The notes: generated from the letters alone by a model not told the origin. A DNA stretch of 62,788 nucleotides from Spirochaetota bacterium (GCA_011049595.1 DRHN01000405.1:1-62788), one strand, 5' to 3'. Counted from the stretch's first letter, positions 35,486 to 46,490 are shown. Made by a program: numbers and translations.

Positions 35486-37993
35486 ATGGAAAAAAGTTCA
35501 TATCCAGCCGGAAAGAGAGTATTCCGTATTGATGATGAATGTTATATAATCTACCTTGGCACAAGTTCTGACGATATTAAGCCCTTCCTTAGAATAGGTA
35601 ATTCAAAAAATCTCGAAGATAAAATCACATCAAACATATATAATATTGTTATAACAGAATCGTATACCGGAAACCCGGCATACGAGCCTTACAACCTGAA
35701 TATATCGGACCTCCATTCCAACAGGTATGTTGGTGAAAACAGCACTGTCGACAAGCTACTGAAATACCTTGAAAACTACAACATAAACACGGAAAACATC
35801 CCCCACTTCCATGATGTCAAGACCGGTGACCACAGTGCAATGCTCTACATGTACGACAATGGGAACCTGGCCCTTTCATATAATAATAAAGTGCTTTTCA
35901 ACCTGCATAACATTGAAAAAAAGGATCGGCATTTTATAGAAAAAACCGGATGGATGAAGGGCCGGCTTGTAAAGAACTCCCTCCGGTATTTACCCGATCA
36001 TTTTGACATGCCTGCTTTTTCTATAGTAGAAAATACTCTGCTTCTGCATCAGAGAGAACAGCTAATTGCCTTTGATTTGCCGGAGCATTACTATTTTTCT
36101 CTTGCCCGGCACGGCATAGACCCGGACCTGATAACCACGGTCATCACCAGCGAAGCCTCGGCGGGTTTCTTCGATTTGTGTAAAAGAAAAAAGCACACTA
36201 AAGAAGGCCTCAATGTGTTATCTGCAAATACAACCTCTCTCAAGAGCGCTCTCGAGCTTTTTACCGCAAAGGAACCCGACCCTCTCAAAGTAAAACTGGG
36301 CGTATTGTCTGACTTATCATCGGGAACGGCTGCCGGCTTTAAAATACAGAGGACTGAAAATAAATACTCTGTTACGAAAAACAACTTTCCCGGAATCATC
36401 ATTTCAAACAGCCAGGTACCGGCAGATGATAAACAAATAGTAATAAATACTCAAAAAAAATTGTGCGTGCTTCCACACAGGAAAAAATCCGAAACAATTA
36501 AAATGGCAGACGGTATACCTCATCTAATAATAACTGGCACACCGGATAAAGAGACATTCATAGAAAATTATTTTAAAAGTCTGACCAACATTTTTAAGCA
36601 AACTGCCAACGATTCCGCACTGGTGCTTTCTGAACTGCTTTCTGAATTCTACGACATTATTACCCGGGACGAGGATGCCGGAAAAACCCTGATAAAAATA
36701 AAAAAAGAAATTAAAAAGATCAAATCTCTGACCGAAAACCCTTTTGTTTTTCTCATAAACAACGCCAGGGAGGCATGTCTTTACTTTACAAAGATTTTCT
36801 CTGAGAATAATGTGCAAAATAAGGCGGTTATAAAAAACATTTCGGATCTTAGAAACCGGATGAATAAGCTCCTGGGGGCGGTTGATACCATTGAAACACA
36901 TCAGCCGCTCATAGGTGACTGCTTCATTGATGAAAACAGTTCTTACCTCTTTTTCAGGACGATAAAAAAAGTCATCAGCAGAGAGGAATACCTGCGGTAT
37001 GACGAGGTCAAAAAAACATTAACAGACAGGAACAACGAAAAAGCCTCCTTATATGACCGTGAAAAAGAGCAGCTTTACGCGATTTTCGGGGAACTCGGGT
37101 CAAACACAAAAACAACTCAAAAAACAGTTTTAAAAAAAGAAAAATCTGCCGGTCGAGCGGAGTTAAAACCGGATTTAAAACCGTCTGTCAAACCAAAGCT
37201 CAAACAAAAACCGGAAAAAGTTATAAAACAAAAAAGGGAGACCGCACAACCCGCAAAGTCGGAAGAGACACATGTGCCGCCGGAGGTCACCGCCGCGGTA
37301 CGAGCTAAGGGGAAAAAGCGGCTCCAAATATTAAAGATAATAATACCGGCAGCTGTAATTGTAATATTAGCTTTTGTCCTGTTATTACCACCTGTTTCTT
37401 TGCTTAACAGGAGTTTTAATAAAAAAATAAACCCGGATGAAAAAATACTGATAGAAGAGCCGGTAGAGGAAATCACTCCGGCAGAAACGAAAACCGGGCC
37501 CGGGGTAGAAGAAGAAGTAATAGCGGAAGACGATTTAAAACAGGTTGAAACCGCGAAACAGCCCGAAGAAACACAGGGTCCTGAAATTGATCCCGAAAAG
37601 TTGGAAGTCTTCCTATCCCTTGGGTATATTCAAATAACCATTCTCGATGTTTACAATCTCGCGAACAAGATCGCTATCGCAAACGGCTACAAGGAGCTGG
37701 ATGGTGTTGAGCAGCTTGGGAAAAATCCCGACTGGATCTACCCCGGAAATGCATTCGAGCTTCCTGACACAACCGAATACACTGTTGTAAAAGGGGACAC
37801 TGTATGGCACATCACCAGGCAGTTTATTCAAAAAAACGTCGACAGTGACTGGGAACGATACCAGCAGATAATAAAAGAAATAAAAGAAGAAAATAAAGAT
37901 GAGCTCATAGCGGAGCTTGAAGACTTAAAAACAGGCTCGTACAGTGAAAATTTCTCCAAAGAGATCGAACAAGCGGTAAGCGGGCTGAACTGA
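35486..37993 (+). CDS. Bitopic membrane protein: large cytoplasmic domain of unknown function, Lys/Pro-rich linker, TM helix, LysM-like external C-terminus
   Basis: TM helix ILKIIIPAAVIVILAFVLLLPPV. C-terminal NPDWIYPGNAFELP and YTVVKGDTVWHITRQF are LysM-type signatures. The ATG at 35486 is preferred over the TTG at 35435. Confidence 0.6.
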   Translation: MEKSSYPAGKRVFRIDDECYIIYLGTSSDDIKPFLRIGNSKNLEDKITSNIYNIVITESYTGNPAYEPYNLNISDLHSNRYVGENSTVDKLLKYLENYNINTENIPHFHDVKTGDHSAMLYMYDNGNLALSYNNKVLFNLHNIEKKDRHFIEKTGWMKGRLVKNSLRYLPDHFDMPAFSIVENTLLLHQREQLIAFDLPEHYYFSLARHGIDPDLITTVITSEASAGFFDLCKRKKHTKEGLNVLSANTTSLKSALELFTAKEPDPLKVKLGVLSDLSSGTAAGFKIQRTENKYSVTKNNFPGIIISNSQVPADDKQIVINTQKKLCVLPHRKKSETIKMADGIPHLIITGTPDKETFIENYFKSLTNIFKQTANDSALVLSELLSEFYDIITRDEDAGKTLIKIKKEIKKIKSLTENPFVFLINNAREACLYFTKIFSENNVQNKAVIKNISDLRNRMNKLLGAVDTIETHQPLIGDCFIDENSSYLFFRTIKKVISREEYLRYDEVKKTLTDRNNEKASLYDREKEQLYAIFGELGSNTKTTQKTVLKKEKSAGRAELKPDLKPSVKPKLKQKPEKVIKQKRETAQPAKSEETHVPPEVTAAVRAKGKKRLQILKIIIPAAVIVILAFVLLLPPVSLLNRSFNKKINPDEKILIEEPVEEITPAETKTGPGVEEEVIAEDDLKQVETAKQPEETQGPEIDPEKLEVFLSLGYIQITILDVYNLANKIAIANGYKELDGVEQLGKNPDWIYPGNAFELPDTTEYTVVKGDTVWHITRQFIQKNVDSDWERYQQIIKEIKEENKDELIAELEDLKTGSYSENFSKEIEQAVSGLN

Positions 37994-38141
37994 ATAAGCG
38001 CATGACCAAAGACGTAGGTGAAAATTAGCGCTGCCTTTATATGTGATTTAAATAATTTACCTTTACTACGGCAGGCAAATGTTTTATCATTTTATTAATA
38101 TTTTAAAAGGTTTTTGACTTCAGTCGGAAAAGGAGAATACA

Positions 38142-40130
38142 ATGGCAGGAGAACTTCCAAAAAGTCCGAACATTTTTCACCCAACAAAACCCTCAGCTGT
38201 CGGTTCAAGAAACAGCCTGGCACAGGAGGGAAGGGCCCAGAATGAAGAGTTTAAGCGTCTCGTTGAGGAGGAGGCGGACAAGGTCCTCAAAGAGATAAAA
38301 CTCAAATTACCAAAAGAAGTGCTGGAAGAGCTGGATGTGACCGGTGGTATCAAGCAGAAACTCTACAACTATTTTAACCAGAACTATCAGAATATGTTCA
38401 ACCGGTACATTGTGACAACTGAAGACGAAATGGTCAAAAAGATCAGGAACTTAGTCGACAAGGAAGAGCTGAAGGCTCTTGCCCGGTACACGCCGAAGGA
38501 AATTTCCGAGCTTCTCGACCAGGTGGGGGGTGCCGAAAGGTTCAACACAGGAGAAGTAGAAAAATCGATCGTCAATATCTACGGTCATCTGCAGGGGCAT
38601 GTTCAAAGGGGAATGAACGACCTTGAAAACGAAACAAACGCCCTGCTTCGCCAGAAAACAGATGTAGGCGCATTTATAAGAGGTGAGAACGCCTACTCGG
38701 TTATCAAATGCTCTTTCAAGGACCACCCTGTAAAACCGAAAACAGTATCCAACGTCAAACTCTCGGTAAACATCCTTGATTCTGAACTGATAAGCCCTAT
38801 CTTTCAGTACCAGGCTACAGTTGAAAATCTCATCAAGGATCAAATTTCAAAAACGATTATTGACCTTGTAGACCGGGAAGTAGAACACTTCCAGTCCCAG
38901 CTCGTCGACGAAGGAAAAGAGGAGCTTTCGGACGGGGAGCTCATGTTTGAAAAAATGAAAAGGATCCCGAATTACACTGATGATGAAAAAGACGATGAAA
39001 AATCCAGACGGTACACATTTCTGGCCAAGACCCTCATCGACAAGATCGAGGGGCTGAGGGCTGAGATCGACCAGTCCGAGTTCGATTCCCTGAACGTGCG
39101 GGAGAACCTCAAATCAATCGTTGATATTGAAAATATAAGGAACAGGGGCTTCAACACCGCGATAAACTCCCTCACCTCGATCCTGGACACAAGCAAGATG
39201 GGCTATCAGTACATTGAAAACCTGAAAAACGCCCGGGAAGTGGTTTTACGGGAGTACGAGGACACAGACCCTGTCCAGCTGCCTGACGAACGCTACCAGA
39301 TAACACTGAAATATTACGACTATGCCCAGCTGCTAAGGGAAAGGGAAGCCTACGATAAACAGATGGAAGCATATAAAAATGAGATAGTGCACCTGTGGGA
39401 CGTTACAGAAACAGTATACCAGGGCAGCAAATCATTTTTCAAAGTAAACGATTTTGATGATATAGCCAGGAAAGCCAAAAACAAGATCAAAAGACACATC
39501 AAGAGCGTAACCGGGGATACCCTGTACGAAGATATGGAAAAAACATGGAACGAAATACTTCATATCAAAGCCGGTGACACGGATGTTGAAAAGCTCAACC
39601 AGACCTACGTCCATGAGAAGAGCCTGCTGGAAAAAATGATCAGGATGACAAAGGAAAAAGTCCAGAAGATATACGGTTTCCAGAACCCGAAAATGAGGGT
39701 CATGCTTGACGAGCGGATCCAGTTCCTTGAAAACTCTTTCGAAGAGTTCGAGTACAAAATCAACCCTTATCATATACAGCCGGGGCTGATCCTCGATGTG
39801 GATATAACGAGTATAAAGAGGAAAAAATTCACCCTCAGCGGGATGGCCAATGTGCTCAACGAGTTTCTCCACGGAGTATCAAAAGGCTTTCAGGACGCGG
39901 CTTTCGCGTCATTCAGCAGGAGGAGATCAACAGTCAGGACTGACATCACGCAGAGTTTCTCTGATGAGGTCCGGGCGGAAGCTCCTGAACAGGTATCCTA
40001 TTCAGCTTCTCTCATGGCTGAAGCAGGGGCGCCGAAAAGTTCAGGAGGAGGGGCAAAGGTAAAAAACAAAGCTGACGTTACCCCGTCAAAAAAGAAAAAA
40101 TCCGATCTCGACGACCTGAAAGAACTGTAA
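38142..40130 (+). CDS. Large charged, helix-rich cytoplasmic protein; candidate cytoplasmic filament protein CfpA-like
   Basis: 662 aa with no TM helix and no enzymatic motif; Glu/Lys/Asp-rich with long helical stretches. The call rests on size and on the gene order X - 300-aa ORF - ppdK. From memory, this matches Treponema pallidum cfpA(TP0748)-TP0747-ppdK(TP0746). Not verified by alignment. Confidence 0.35.
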   Translation: MAGELPKSPNIFHPTKPSAVGSRNSLAQEGRAQNEEFKRLVEEEADKVLKEIKLKLPKEVLEELDVTGGIKQKLYNYFNQNYQNMFNRYIVTTEDEMVKKIRNLVDKEELKALARYTPKEISELLDQVGGAERFNTGEVEKSIVNIYGHLQGHVQRGMNDLENETNALLRQKTDVGAFIRGENAYSVIKCSFKDHPVKPKTVSNVKLSVNILDSELISPIFQYQATVENLIKDQISKTIIDLVDREVEHFQSQLVDEGKEELSDGELMFEKMKRIPNYTDDEKDDEKSRRYTFLAKTLIDKIEGLRAEIDQSEFDSLNVRENLKSIVDIENIRNRGFNTAINSLTSILDTSKMGYQYIENLKNAREVVLREYEDTDPVQLPDERYQITLKYYDYAQLLREREAYDKQMEAYKNEIVHLWDVTETVYQGSKSFFKVNDFDDIARKAKNKIKRHIKSVTGDTLYEDMEKTWNEILHIKAGDTDVEKLNQTYVHEKSLLEKMIRMTKEKVQKIYGFQNPKMRVMLDERIQFLENSFEEFEYKINPYHIQPGLILDVDITSIKRKKFTLSGMANVLNEFLHGVSKGFQDAAFASFSRRRSTVRTDITQSFSDEVRAEAPEQVSYSASLMAEAGAPKSSGGGAKVKNKADVTPSKKKKSDLDDLKEL

Positions 40131-40131
40131 A

Positions 40132-41034
40132 ATGGATAATCAGTTAAATATACTCTCAAGCAGAGCAGGTTTCAATACTGCTCTGCGTCATTTTAAATCC
40201 GTCACCGCGTATGTGTCTGAAATTGCCGGGGGGGCAAACCTGGCAGACCTCATAAACGGGTCTCTTGAGGAAAATGAAATCCAGAGCTTCCAGGTCAAAT
40301 CGATCCTCAACGCGCTGCTGATCGATAGATTCCAGTATTCATATAAGTCTCATAACCTGGAGCGGATGATCGAAAACGTGGATTCCATCGTAGCCTCTAT
40401 CTCCGGGTGGAACAACCTGAACATGGTCCTGTCATATTCGCACCCTCAGGTGGGCCTGTCAATAATAAACCCAAAAAAGCGGGCGGCGTGGGAATCGATT
40501 CTTCCTCTTATAAAAGATGAGCTTATAGTAATTTACACAGGCGTGGTTACGGACGAGATCGACTCGGGCACCCTCGATTCCTCGATAAAGGATTTCATCA
40601 GCATCCTTTACGGGAAAAAGGTGAAACCGAAGGAAAAATACCTTGGTGAACGGGTCGAGGAAAAAGAGGAAGTACCGCAGGATACACATGTCCAGGCTCC
40701 CAAAAGAAGACTAACGCCGAGATATGCTGTCCAGGTCACGAATGAGCTTTTCCACAACGGCAATGTCGAGGCATGGAAAAAAATAATCGAAAGCTTCAAG
40801 TCAAAGTTTCCCGACCTCGATGTGCTCATCTGGTATGAAAACGAGAGGATAAACGACATTCACGCTCTTTTCAAATGGGGCAAGGTAAAGCATGGAGGGT
40901 CTATCTTTTTCAGCGTTGCCGGTGAAAATATTAAAGGAGTATCAAAGCTGCAAAGATACCTTTTTGAAGGGGCAAGCCCCCGTTTTGAAATTTTTTTGCT
41001 GGGTGCTCATGGAACAATTTTGGACCTTTTCTAA
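40132..41034 (+). CDS. Hypothetical 300-aa protein translationally coupled to the CfpA-like gene
   Basis: Its ATG begins 1 nt after the upstream TAA. No motif recognised. Confidence 0.55.
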   Translation: MDNQLNILSSRAGFNTALRHFKSVTAYVSEIAGGANLADLINGSLEENEIQSFQVKSILNALLIDRFQYSYKSHNLERMIENVDSIVASISGWNNLNMVLSYSHPQVGLSIINPKKRAAWESILPLIKDELIVIYTGVVTDEIDSGTLDSSIKDFISILYGKKVKPKEKYLGERVEEKEEVPQDTHVQAPKRRLTPRYAVQVTNELFHNGNVEAWKKIIESFKSKFPDLDVLIWYENERINDIHALFKWGKVKHGGSIFFSVAGENIKGVSKLQRYLFEGASPRFEIFLLGAHGTILDLF

Positions 41035-41140
41035 AGTTTGCACTGGTAGTAATTTACCCGAACCTTCAAAAATGGGCCGGCTCTGATTAAAAAGCTTCAA
41101 AATCATCAAATTTCCGAAACACACACTGTCAGGAAGGAAA

Positions 41141-43759
41141 ATGAAAAAATACTATTCATTCAGCAGTACTGAATATATCAAAGACAAAGAAACACTTGAG
41201 ATTGTCGGTATCAGGGGGAAACGGGTCATGGAGCTCGCCAGGCTGGGCGCACCCATCCTGCCCGGTTTTATGATTTCCAATGAAACTATCACCGAGTTGG
41301 CCTCATCACCGTCGAATACCAAAAAATTTATAATAGCGCCGGTAGAAAAAATCGAACGTCCTTTGAAAAAAAGGTTCAACGATGAAAAGAACCCGATGCT
41401 GGTAAAGGTGGTAGAAAGCCCACAGCTCAACATGATACAGGCCTTTTCCATACACAATATGGGGCTGTGTGACAAAACTGTCGGGGGGTTTTCGACCTAT
41501 GTGGGTGAAGAGTTCGCCTACCACGAATACCGGAATGTCGTACGAAAGATAATTGACCTGGAATTGAAGACGGATGTAAACAGTGATAGGACCGAACAGC
41601 TCGAACAGTTTCAAAAATCGTTAAAAGCCTCCAAAAAGCAGAACAAAATCAAGGAACAGATCGAAAAGATCAAACCCCTGTTCCCCAATGAGATCTTTAC
41701 CAACGCCTACGATCAGCTTCTTTTTGTGATCGGACTGTTTCATTCATTCTTTAAAACCAGCAACAGCAGCATCGACTCGGCGCTCCTTATCCAGGCCATG
41801 ACATTCGGCAACTATGGGGAGGAAAGCTACTACGGAAGCTATTACACGCGGGACAATATAACAGGCGAAAATGAAATAAAAGGAAAATTTTTTGTAAATG
41901 CCTTTGACGCGACCCAGACAAAGGGGAAAGAGATTTCACAGATCGATAGACCCTTTCTCAAAGATCTGAAAGAAATCGCGGACAATCTTGAAAAACATTT
42001 CAAGGAGATCCGTCAGATAAGATTCACGGTTGAAAACAGCACGCTCTGGGTGATAGACCAGGTGCCTGTTCTCGGCAAATCCACACAGGCAGAGATAAAA
42101 ACACTGCTTGAACTTCATTCGAAAAAGATCATTGATGACAATTATATAATAAACGCGATTAAACCGGGAAGGCTCTCTGAAATACTCCATTCCGTTATCG
42201 ATCTTGAAAGTGCTGAAAAGCTGCCTAAGACGAAGGGGGGCATCGCGGGGGCAGTGGGTGCGGCCATAGGGAAGGTATATTTCACGACCGAAGGGCTGCT
42301 GAAAGCCTACAAAAGAAGTATCCAGGTGGGCGAAAACTCTAATTTCATCCTTGTCATGCCTGCCACCTTTGCTGAAGATGTCAAGGCGATCGAAGTTGCT
42401 AAAGGAGTGCTCACTGCCGAAGGCGGGTACGCGTCGCACGCTCCTGTTGTAGCCCGGAGCCTTGGTAAAGTGGCCATGGTTTACCTGGATATAAAATTCT
42501 TGAAAGACTCTGTGAAAATCGGTACCAGGACCATTAAAGAGGGTGACTGCATTTCACTGAACGTGCCCTATTATGAAGACCCCACCATTTACTTTGGAAA
42601 AGTAGATCTCACCGAACCGTCCCATAAAGATAGCGGTCTTCTGGAATTCCTTGAAATTGTCCAGAGAAATCTTGATGATTTTGACGTTCACGCAAACGCA
42701 GACCAGCCCAAGGACGCTCAGCTCGCAAAGCTTTTCAAAGCCGCCGGGATCGGCCTATGCAGGACCGAGCACATGTTTTTTCATGAAAAGCGGATCAATA
42801 TATTCAGATCCATGATCATCGCGGGTGATAAAAAAGAGAGGGCAAAAGCGCTTGGAAAACTGAAGGAGATGCAGGTCGCCGACTTCTACAAGCTCTTCAA
42901 GATCATGGAGGGGCTTCCGGTCACGATACGTCTGCTTGACGCTCCTTTACACGAATTCCTGCCTCACACGAAAGAGAGCATGGACAAGTTCATCAAATTT
43001 ATTCAAGCAAAGCAGCCGAAACTGGATGAAAAGGAAATTAGACTGCGCTGTGACATGAAAAAAGAGTTTAATCCCATGCTCGGGCACCGAGGCGTAAGGA
43101 TCGCAATCTCATACCCCGAGATATACAACATGCAGACAAGGGCTATATTTGAAGCGGCGTACAGCCTGAAAAAAGAAAGAATTGATGTAAAACCCGAGAT
43201 CATGATCCCTCTCGTTATGAGTGAAAATGAGATCAAAACAATAAGAAAGGGGAAAAAGATAGAAGGGGCGGCGATTATAGGTATAATGGATATTGAAAAC
43301 GAGGTAAGAGAGAGCTTTAAATGCGGCCCGATCGATTACAAGGTCGGAACAATGATCGAGCTTCCGGCAGCAGCTCTGCAGGCCGATAAAATCGCCAGGT
43401 ACGCCGAATTTTTCAGTTTCGGGACAAATGATCTAACACAGACAACAAACGGTCTTTCAAGAGATGATTTCAACTCCTTTTTTACGGACTACAACGAGTT
43501 CGACCTCCTTGGGGAAAACCCGTTCCAATACCTCCAGGAGCAGGTAAAGGAACTGATCAGGATAGCTGCCCAGAGAGGGAGGCTCACGAGGCCTGACCTC
43601 ATCATGGGGATATGCGGAGAACATGGTGCTGAGCCATCAAATATACCTTTTGCGAAAGAGATAGGTTTGAACTATGTTTCCTGCTCACCCTACGGTATAC
43701 CGATAGCCAAGCTCGCCATCGCGCGGTATAATCTCAGTAAAAATTCTGATAACGGGTAA
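41141..43759 (+). CDS. ppdK: Pyruvate, phosphate dikinase
   Basis: 872 aa. Phosphohistidine motif GGYASHAPVVARSLGK. PEP-utilising C-domain motifs CRTEHMFF, FGTNDLTQ and ICGEHGAEP. Confidence 0.85.
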   Translation: MKKYYSFSSTEYIKDKETLEIVGIRGKRVMELARLGAPILPGFMISNETITELASSPSNTKKFIIAPVEKIERPLKKRFNDEKNPMLVKVVESPQLNMIQAFSIHNMGLCDKTVGGFSTYVGEEFAYHEYRNVVRKIIDLELKTDVNSDRTEQLEQFQKSLKASKKQNKIKEQIEKIKPLFPNEIFTNAYDQLLFVIGLFHSFFKTSNSSIDSALLIQAMTFGNYGEESYYGSYYTRDNITGENEIKGKFFVNAFDATQTKGKEISQIDRPFLKDLKEIADNLEKHFKEIRQIRFTVENSTLWVIDQVPVLGKSTQAEIKTLLELHSKKIIDDNYIINAIKPGRLSEILHSVIDLESAEKLPKTKGGIAGAVGAAIGKVYFTTEGLLKAYKRSIQVGENSNFILVMPATFAEDVKAIEVAKGVLTAEGGYASHAPVVARSLGKVAMVYLDIKFLKDSVKIGTRTIKEGDCISLNVPYYEDPTIYFGKVDLTEPSHKDSGLLEFLEIVQRNLDDFDVHANADQPKDAQLAKLFKAAGIGLCRTEHMFFHEKRINIFRSMIIAGDKKERAKALGKLKEMQVADFYKLFKIMEGLPVTIRLLDAPLHEFLPHTKESMDKFIKFIQAKQPKLDEKEIRLRCDMKKEFNPMLGHRGVRIAISYPEIYNMQTRAIFEAAYSLKKERIDVKPEIMIPLVMSENEIKTIRKGKKIEGAAIIGIMDIENEVRESFKCGPIDYKVGTMIELPAAALQADKIARYAEFFSFGTNDLTQTTNGLSRDDFNSFFTDYNEFDLLGENPFQYLQEQVKELIRIAAQRGRLTRPDLIMGICGEHGAEPSNIPFAKEIGLNYVSCSPYGIPIAKLAIARYNLSKNSDNG

Positions 43760-43827
43760 TATCTAAAAAGACGGGCTGACTATAAGCATCAGTTCTTTGA
43801 CGGTCCGGTCTCTCCTGAATAACGGGG

Positions 43828-44613
43828 TTAGTACCGCATCTTTTTAAACAGCTTTATCACCTTTGTCAACACCTCGAGAAGGTATATCTTCATTAGAGTT
43901 TCGGATATCCAAACACTTTTGTTATAGCGGGTTGCAATGACCATGAACTCTTCATAGCTTATGCATATTTTGTTGTAATAAGTATTATCCTGCACATCGG
44001 CAAACAGATTGCCGAAGAACACCTCTTTTATGGCCTTATCCAGAAGAACACTGCCATTGTAATAGTGTCTGTGGGCTGTGTTGTTAAAACCTTTACTGGA
44101 GGGAATATAGTATTTTTCAATGAGCATGTTCATCAAAAAAGCTTTTGAAAAATCTATAAACAAATTGAGGTTCTCACCTTCCGATGAGGAACCGGCGGAT
44201 TCTTTTAGCGATTCAAGGCTGACAATACCGAACTTCAGGTCCGTGAGAGAATCCCTGTACCGGATCTTTCTCACTCCCTCTTTCCGTAGATGCACATTTT
44301 CAAGCCCGTATTGATAATATTTATATACCCCCTGAAGCACTCTGTTTATCGATTTGTTTAACCTGGTGATGAAGCTTACTTCACGGGCCTCGTAAAAAGA
44401 TTCATCGTTTTCGGAATCCGGGGAAGTTAGATACTCGAGGGCCATCTCATAAGCAAGGTTGAGCTCCGTCATTCGCACATTCGCCCGTGATTCATCGTTC
44501 CTGTTAAAATCGGGGTGATATTGTTTGGCGAGCCTGCGGAATGTAGAATTCAACTCACTGATCGAACAAGATGGGGTCAGCCCCAGCATCTTCAGCGCTT
44601 TTTCGTTCTCCAT
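43828..44613 (-). CDS. J-domain (DnaJ N-terminal domain) protein with an uncharacterised C-terminal domain
   Basis: 261 aa. LGLTPSCSISELNSTFRRLAKQYHPDFN contains the HPD motif. It has no Gly/Phe region and no zinc-finger region. Confidence 0.75.
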   Translation of the reverse strand: MENEKALKMLGLTPSCSISELNSTFRRLAKQYHPDFNRNDESRANVRMTELNLAYEMALEYLTSPDSENDESFYEAREVSFITRLNKSINRVLQGVYKYYQYGLENVHLRKEGVRKIRYRDSLTDLKFGIVSLESLKESAGSSSEGENLNLFIDFSKAFLMNMLIEKYYIPSSKGFNNTAHRHYYNGSVLLDKAIKEVFFGNLFADVQDNTYYNKICISYEEFMVIATRYNKSVWISETLMKIYLLEVLTKVIKLFKKMRY

Positions 44614-44662
44614 ATGTTAATTATGGTGTGAAAACATCTTTTTGTCAAATAAAATTGATAAG

Positions 44663-45058
44663 ATGGACTTACATTTCTCGCGGACGGATAAAAAATTATA
44701 CGTTATGGTAGAGCCCGCGAATTATCCTGAAAAGCACATCGAACCCGCCCACCGTGATGATAACCACAAGATACCCTACAGGTTTAGTGAAGTTGAGATC
44801 CATCTGTCTAAAAGACGGGACAAGATCATGATCGGAAAAAAACCGGTTATCACATTCGGTTCGTTCACTATTTTAAAGCCCACGGGACACAATTTTTCCT
44901 ATATTTTTTTCAACACCGAGGACATTATCGATGGGATCGGCAACTTTTTCAGTGAAACATTATGGAACAACGCGAATGTGCCGAAAAATGATGCCAATAA
45001 ATGCGCGGAAATAATAAAGGGTATCTTTAAATATTTCGTTGACTTTCAAATCGAATAG
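44663..45058 (+). CDS. Hypothetical protein
   Basis: ORF divergent from the J-domain gene. The ATG at 44663 is preferred over the TTG at 44642. No motif recognised. Confidence 0.4.
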   Translation: MDLHFSRTDKKLYVMVEPANYPEKHIEPAHRDDNHKIPYRFSEVEIHLSKRRDKIMIGKKPVITFGSFTILKPTGHNFSYIFFNTEDIIDGIGNFFSETLWNNANVPKNDANKCAEIIKGIFKYFVDFQIE

Positions 45059-45063
45059 GCCTT

Positions 45064-46194
45064 TCATAGTCTATTCTGTGTGAGCATCCGTACGGTCCCT
45101 TCCAGATCTTTTATATGTTTCTTCTGCGTGTCAATGACCGAAAGAAGTTTACCGATGTTGATCTCTTCCTCCAGCTGATTCAGGCCGCCAAGCTCCTGGA
45201 AGTCATTCCGGGCCTCAATTTGTGTCAATTCGAACGTATCTTTGTAGTAATTGAGGTCCAGCGGCATTTCAGGAAACCGGTCGGACTGGATGATCTTCTG
45301 CGCTATTCTCTCGATATCTTTCGAGGCTATCGAATGTTTATCTTTGACAGAAAGAGGTGTGTGCTCCGAAAGCGCCCGATCAACAGAATCATCAGAATAT
45401 ATCAGGCCCATGCATTCAACATCCAGCACAAGTCCGTTTTTAATAAGATCTCTGAGTTTTTCTATTATTAGAAGAACATCCGGGGTTTCGGCCATGTTGA
45501 TAACGATCTTCGGCTTAAGAACGGAAATATATTTTTTTGCTTTCTCTCCGCCTTCAGGATCTATTTTCTGTATTTCTTTGGTTATCTGGGCAATATTGAC
45601 AAAAGAATCCGGGTCCTTTTCTTTTATTATGCTTCGTAAATAAAGAGAAACATCCCCGTTCCGGTTGAAGGCCCTCATAAGAAAACGAAAAACAAGACTT
45701 TTAAGAAACCCGTACACATTTAATACTGATGTCGTCTGCCCAGTTGTTACTGCAAACCCGGAATTGGATATAAGAAAGAAATCCAGCACATTAAAATTGC
45801 TCCCCGAACCAAGGTCAAGTATGACATATTCGGCTTCCAGCTTTAAAATATTGTTTAAAAGTCTCTTTTTTTGAGAGAAGTTAATGTTGGCGAGCCCGGG
45901 CACAAGCACATCCCCGGCGATGAACCTGAGATTTTTATAAGGGGTTGTCTGGATGATATCCTGAAAAAGCACCTCTCTGCTTGAAATAAAATTGCCAATC
46001 CCCGGTTCGGTATTTTTCAACCCGAGACATGTGTGAAGATTCGACGCGCCTAGATCAAGATCGATAACAACAGTATTTTTCCCGCTCCCGGCAAGCGCAA
46101 GAGCAAGGTTAGCGGATAATACCGTCTTCCCCACTCCCCCTTTTCCGCCTGCTATAGGGATTATTTTCCGCCTTGCATTTTCATTGATCACCAT
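45064..46194 (-). CDS. MinD/ParA/FlhG-family P-loop ATPase with a ~110-aa C-terminal extension
   Basis: 376 aa. Deviant Walker A IAGGKGGVGKTVLSANLA and the DLDLGASNLH motif. The C-terminal tail is coiled-coil-like (...EEEINIGKLLSVIDTQKKHIKDLEGTVRML). Confidence 0.8.
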   Translation of the reverse strand: MVINENARRKIIPIAGGKGGVGKTVLSANLALALAGSGKNTVVIDLDLGASNLHTCLGLKNTEPGIGNFISSREVLFQDIIQTTPYKNLRFIAGDVLVPGLANINFSQKKRLLNNILKLEAEYVILDLGSGSNFNVLDFFLISNSGFAVTTGQTTSVLNVYGFLKSLVFRFLMRAFNRNGDVSLYLRSIIKEKDPDSFVNIAQITKEIQKIDPEGGEKAKKYISVLKPKIVINMAETPDVLLIIEKLRDLIKNGLVLDVECMGLIYSDDSVDRALSEHTPLSVKDKHSIASKDIERIAQKIIQSDRFPEMPLDLNYYKDTFELTQIEARNDFQELGGLNQLEEEINIGKLLSVIDTQKKHIKDLEGTVRMLTQNRL

Positions 46195-46420
46195 AAAAGC
46201 GTCCTTTCTCTAACTCATGTAAGTATAAACTCAAATATTACCGACAATCAAGCTGTTTCTAATACTCGGCAGACACAGCGGATTGACTAATTCGGTCATC
46301 GCGGCGCTATTAAAAAAGCGATTGCTTATACCCGATAAAAATGTGTAAATTATGATTTGCCCGAACGCAATTGGATATCCCCAATGTTGGCAGCCCTGTT
46401 CTTTATAAAACATATTTTTC

Positions 46421-46440
46421 TTGCAAACTAAAGTTTGTGC
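46421..46440. promoter_or_regulatory. Palindromic motif ttgCAAACTaaAGTTTGtgc
   Basis: Perfect inverted repeat CAAACT-AA-AGTTTG at 46424-46437, in the spacer between the ParA-like gene and rpe. Related copies lie at 47771-47800, with a half-site at 41030-41042. Confidence 0.4.
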
Positions 46441-46490
46441 TTAAAAAGCATCAAAACCGGTACTGAGATGAAAAAAATAAAGGAGGAAAA

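Noticed and set aside
46386-46402. Sigma-54 promoter (TGGCAG-N5-TTCTT) upstream of rpe
   Set aside because: The -24 element is acceptable, but the -12 element lacks the conserved GC (TTCTT instead of TTGCW). No enhancer-binding protein gene is nearby.
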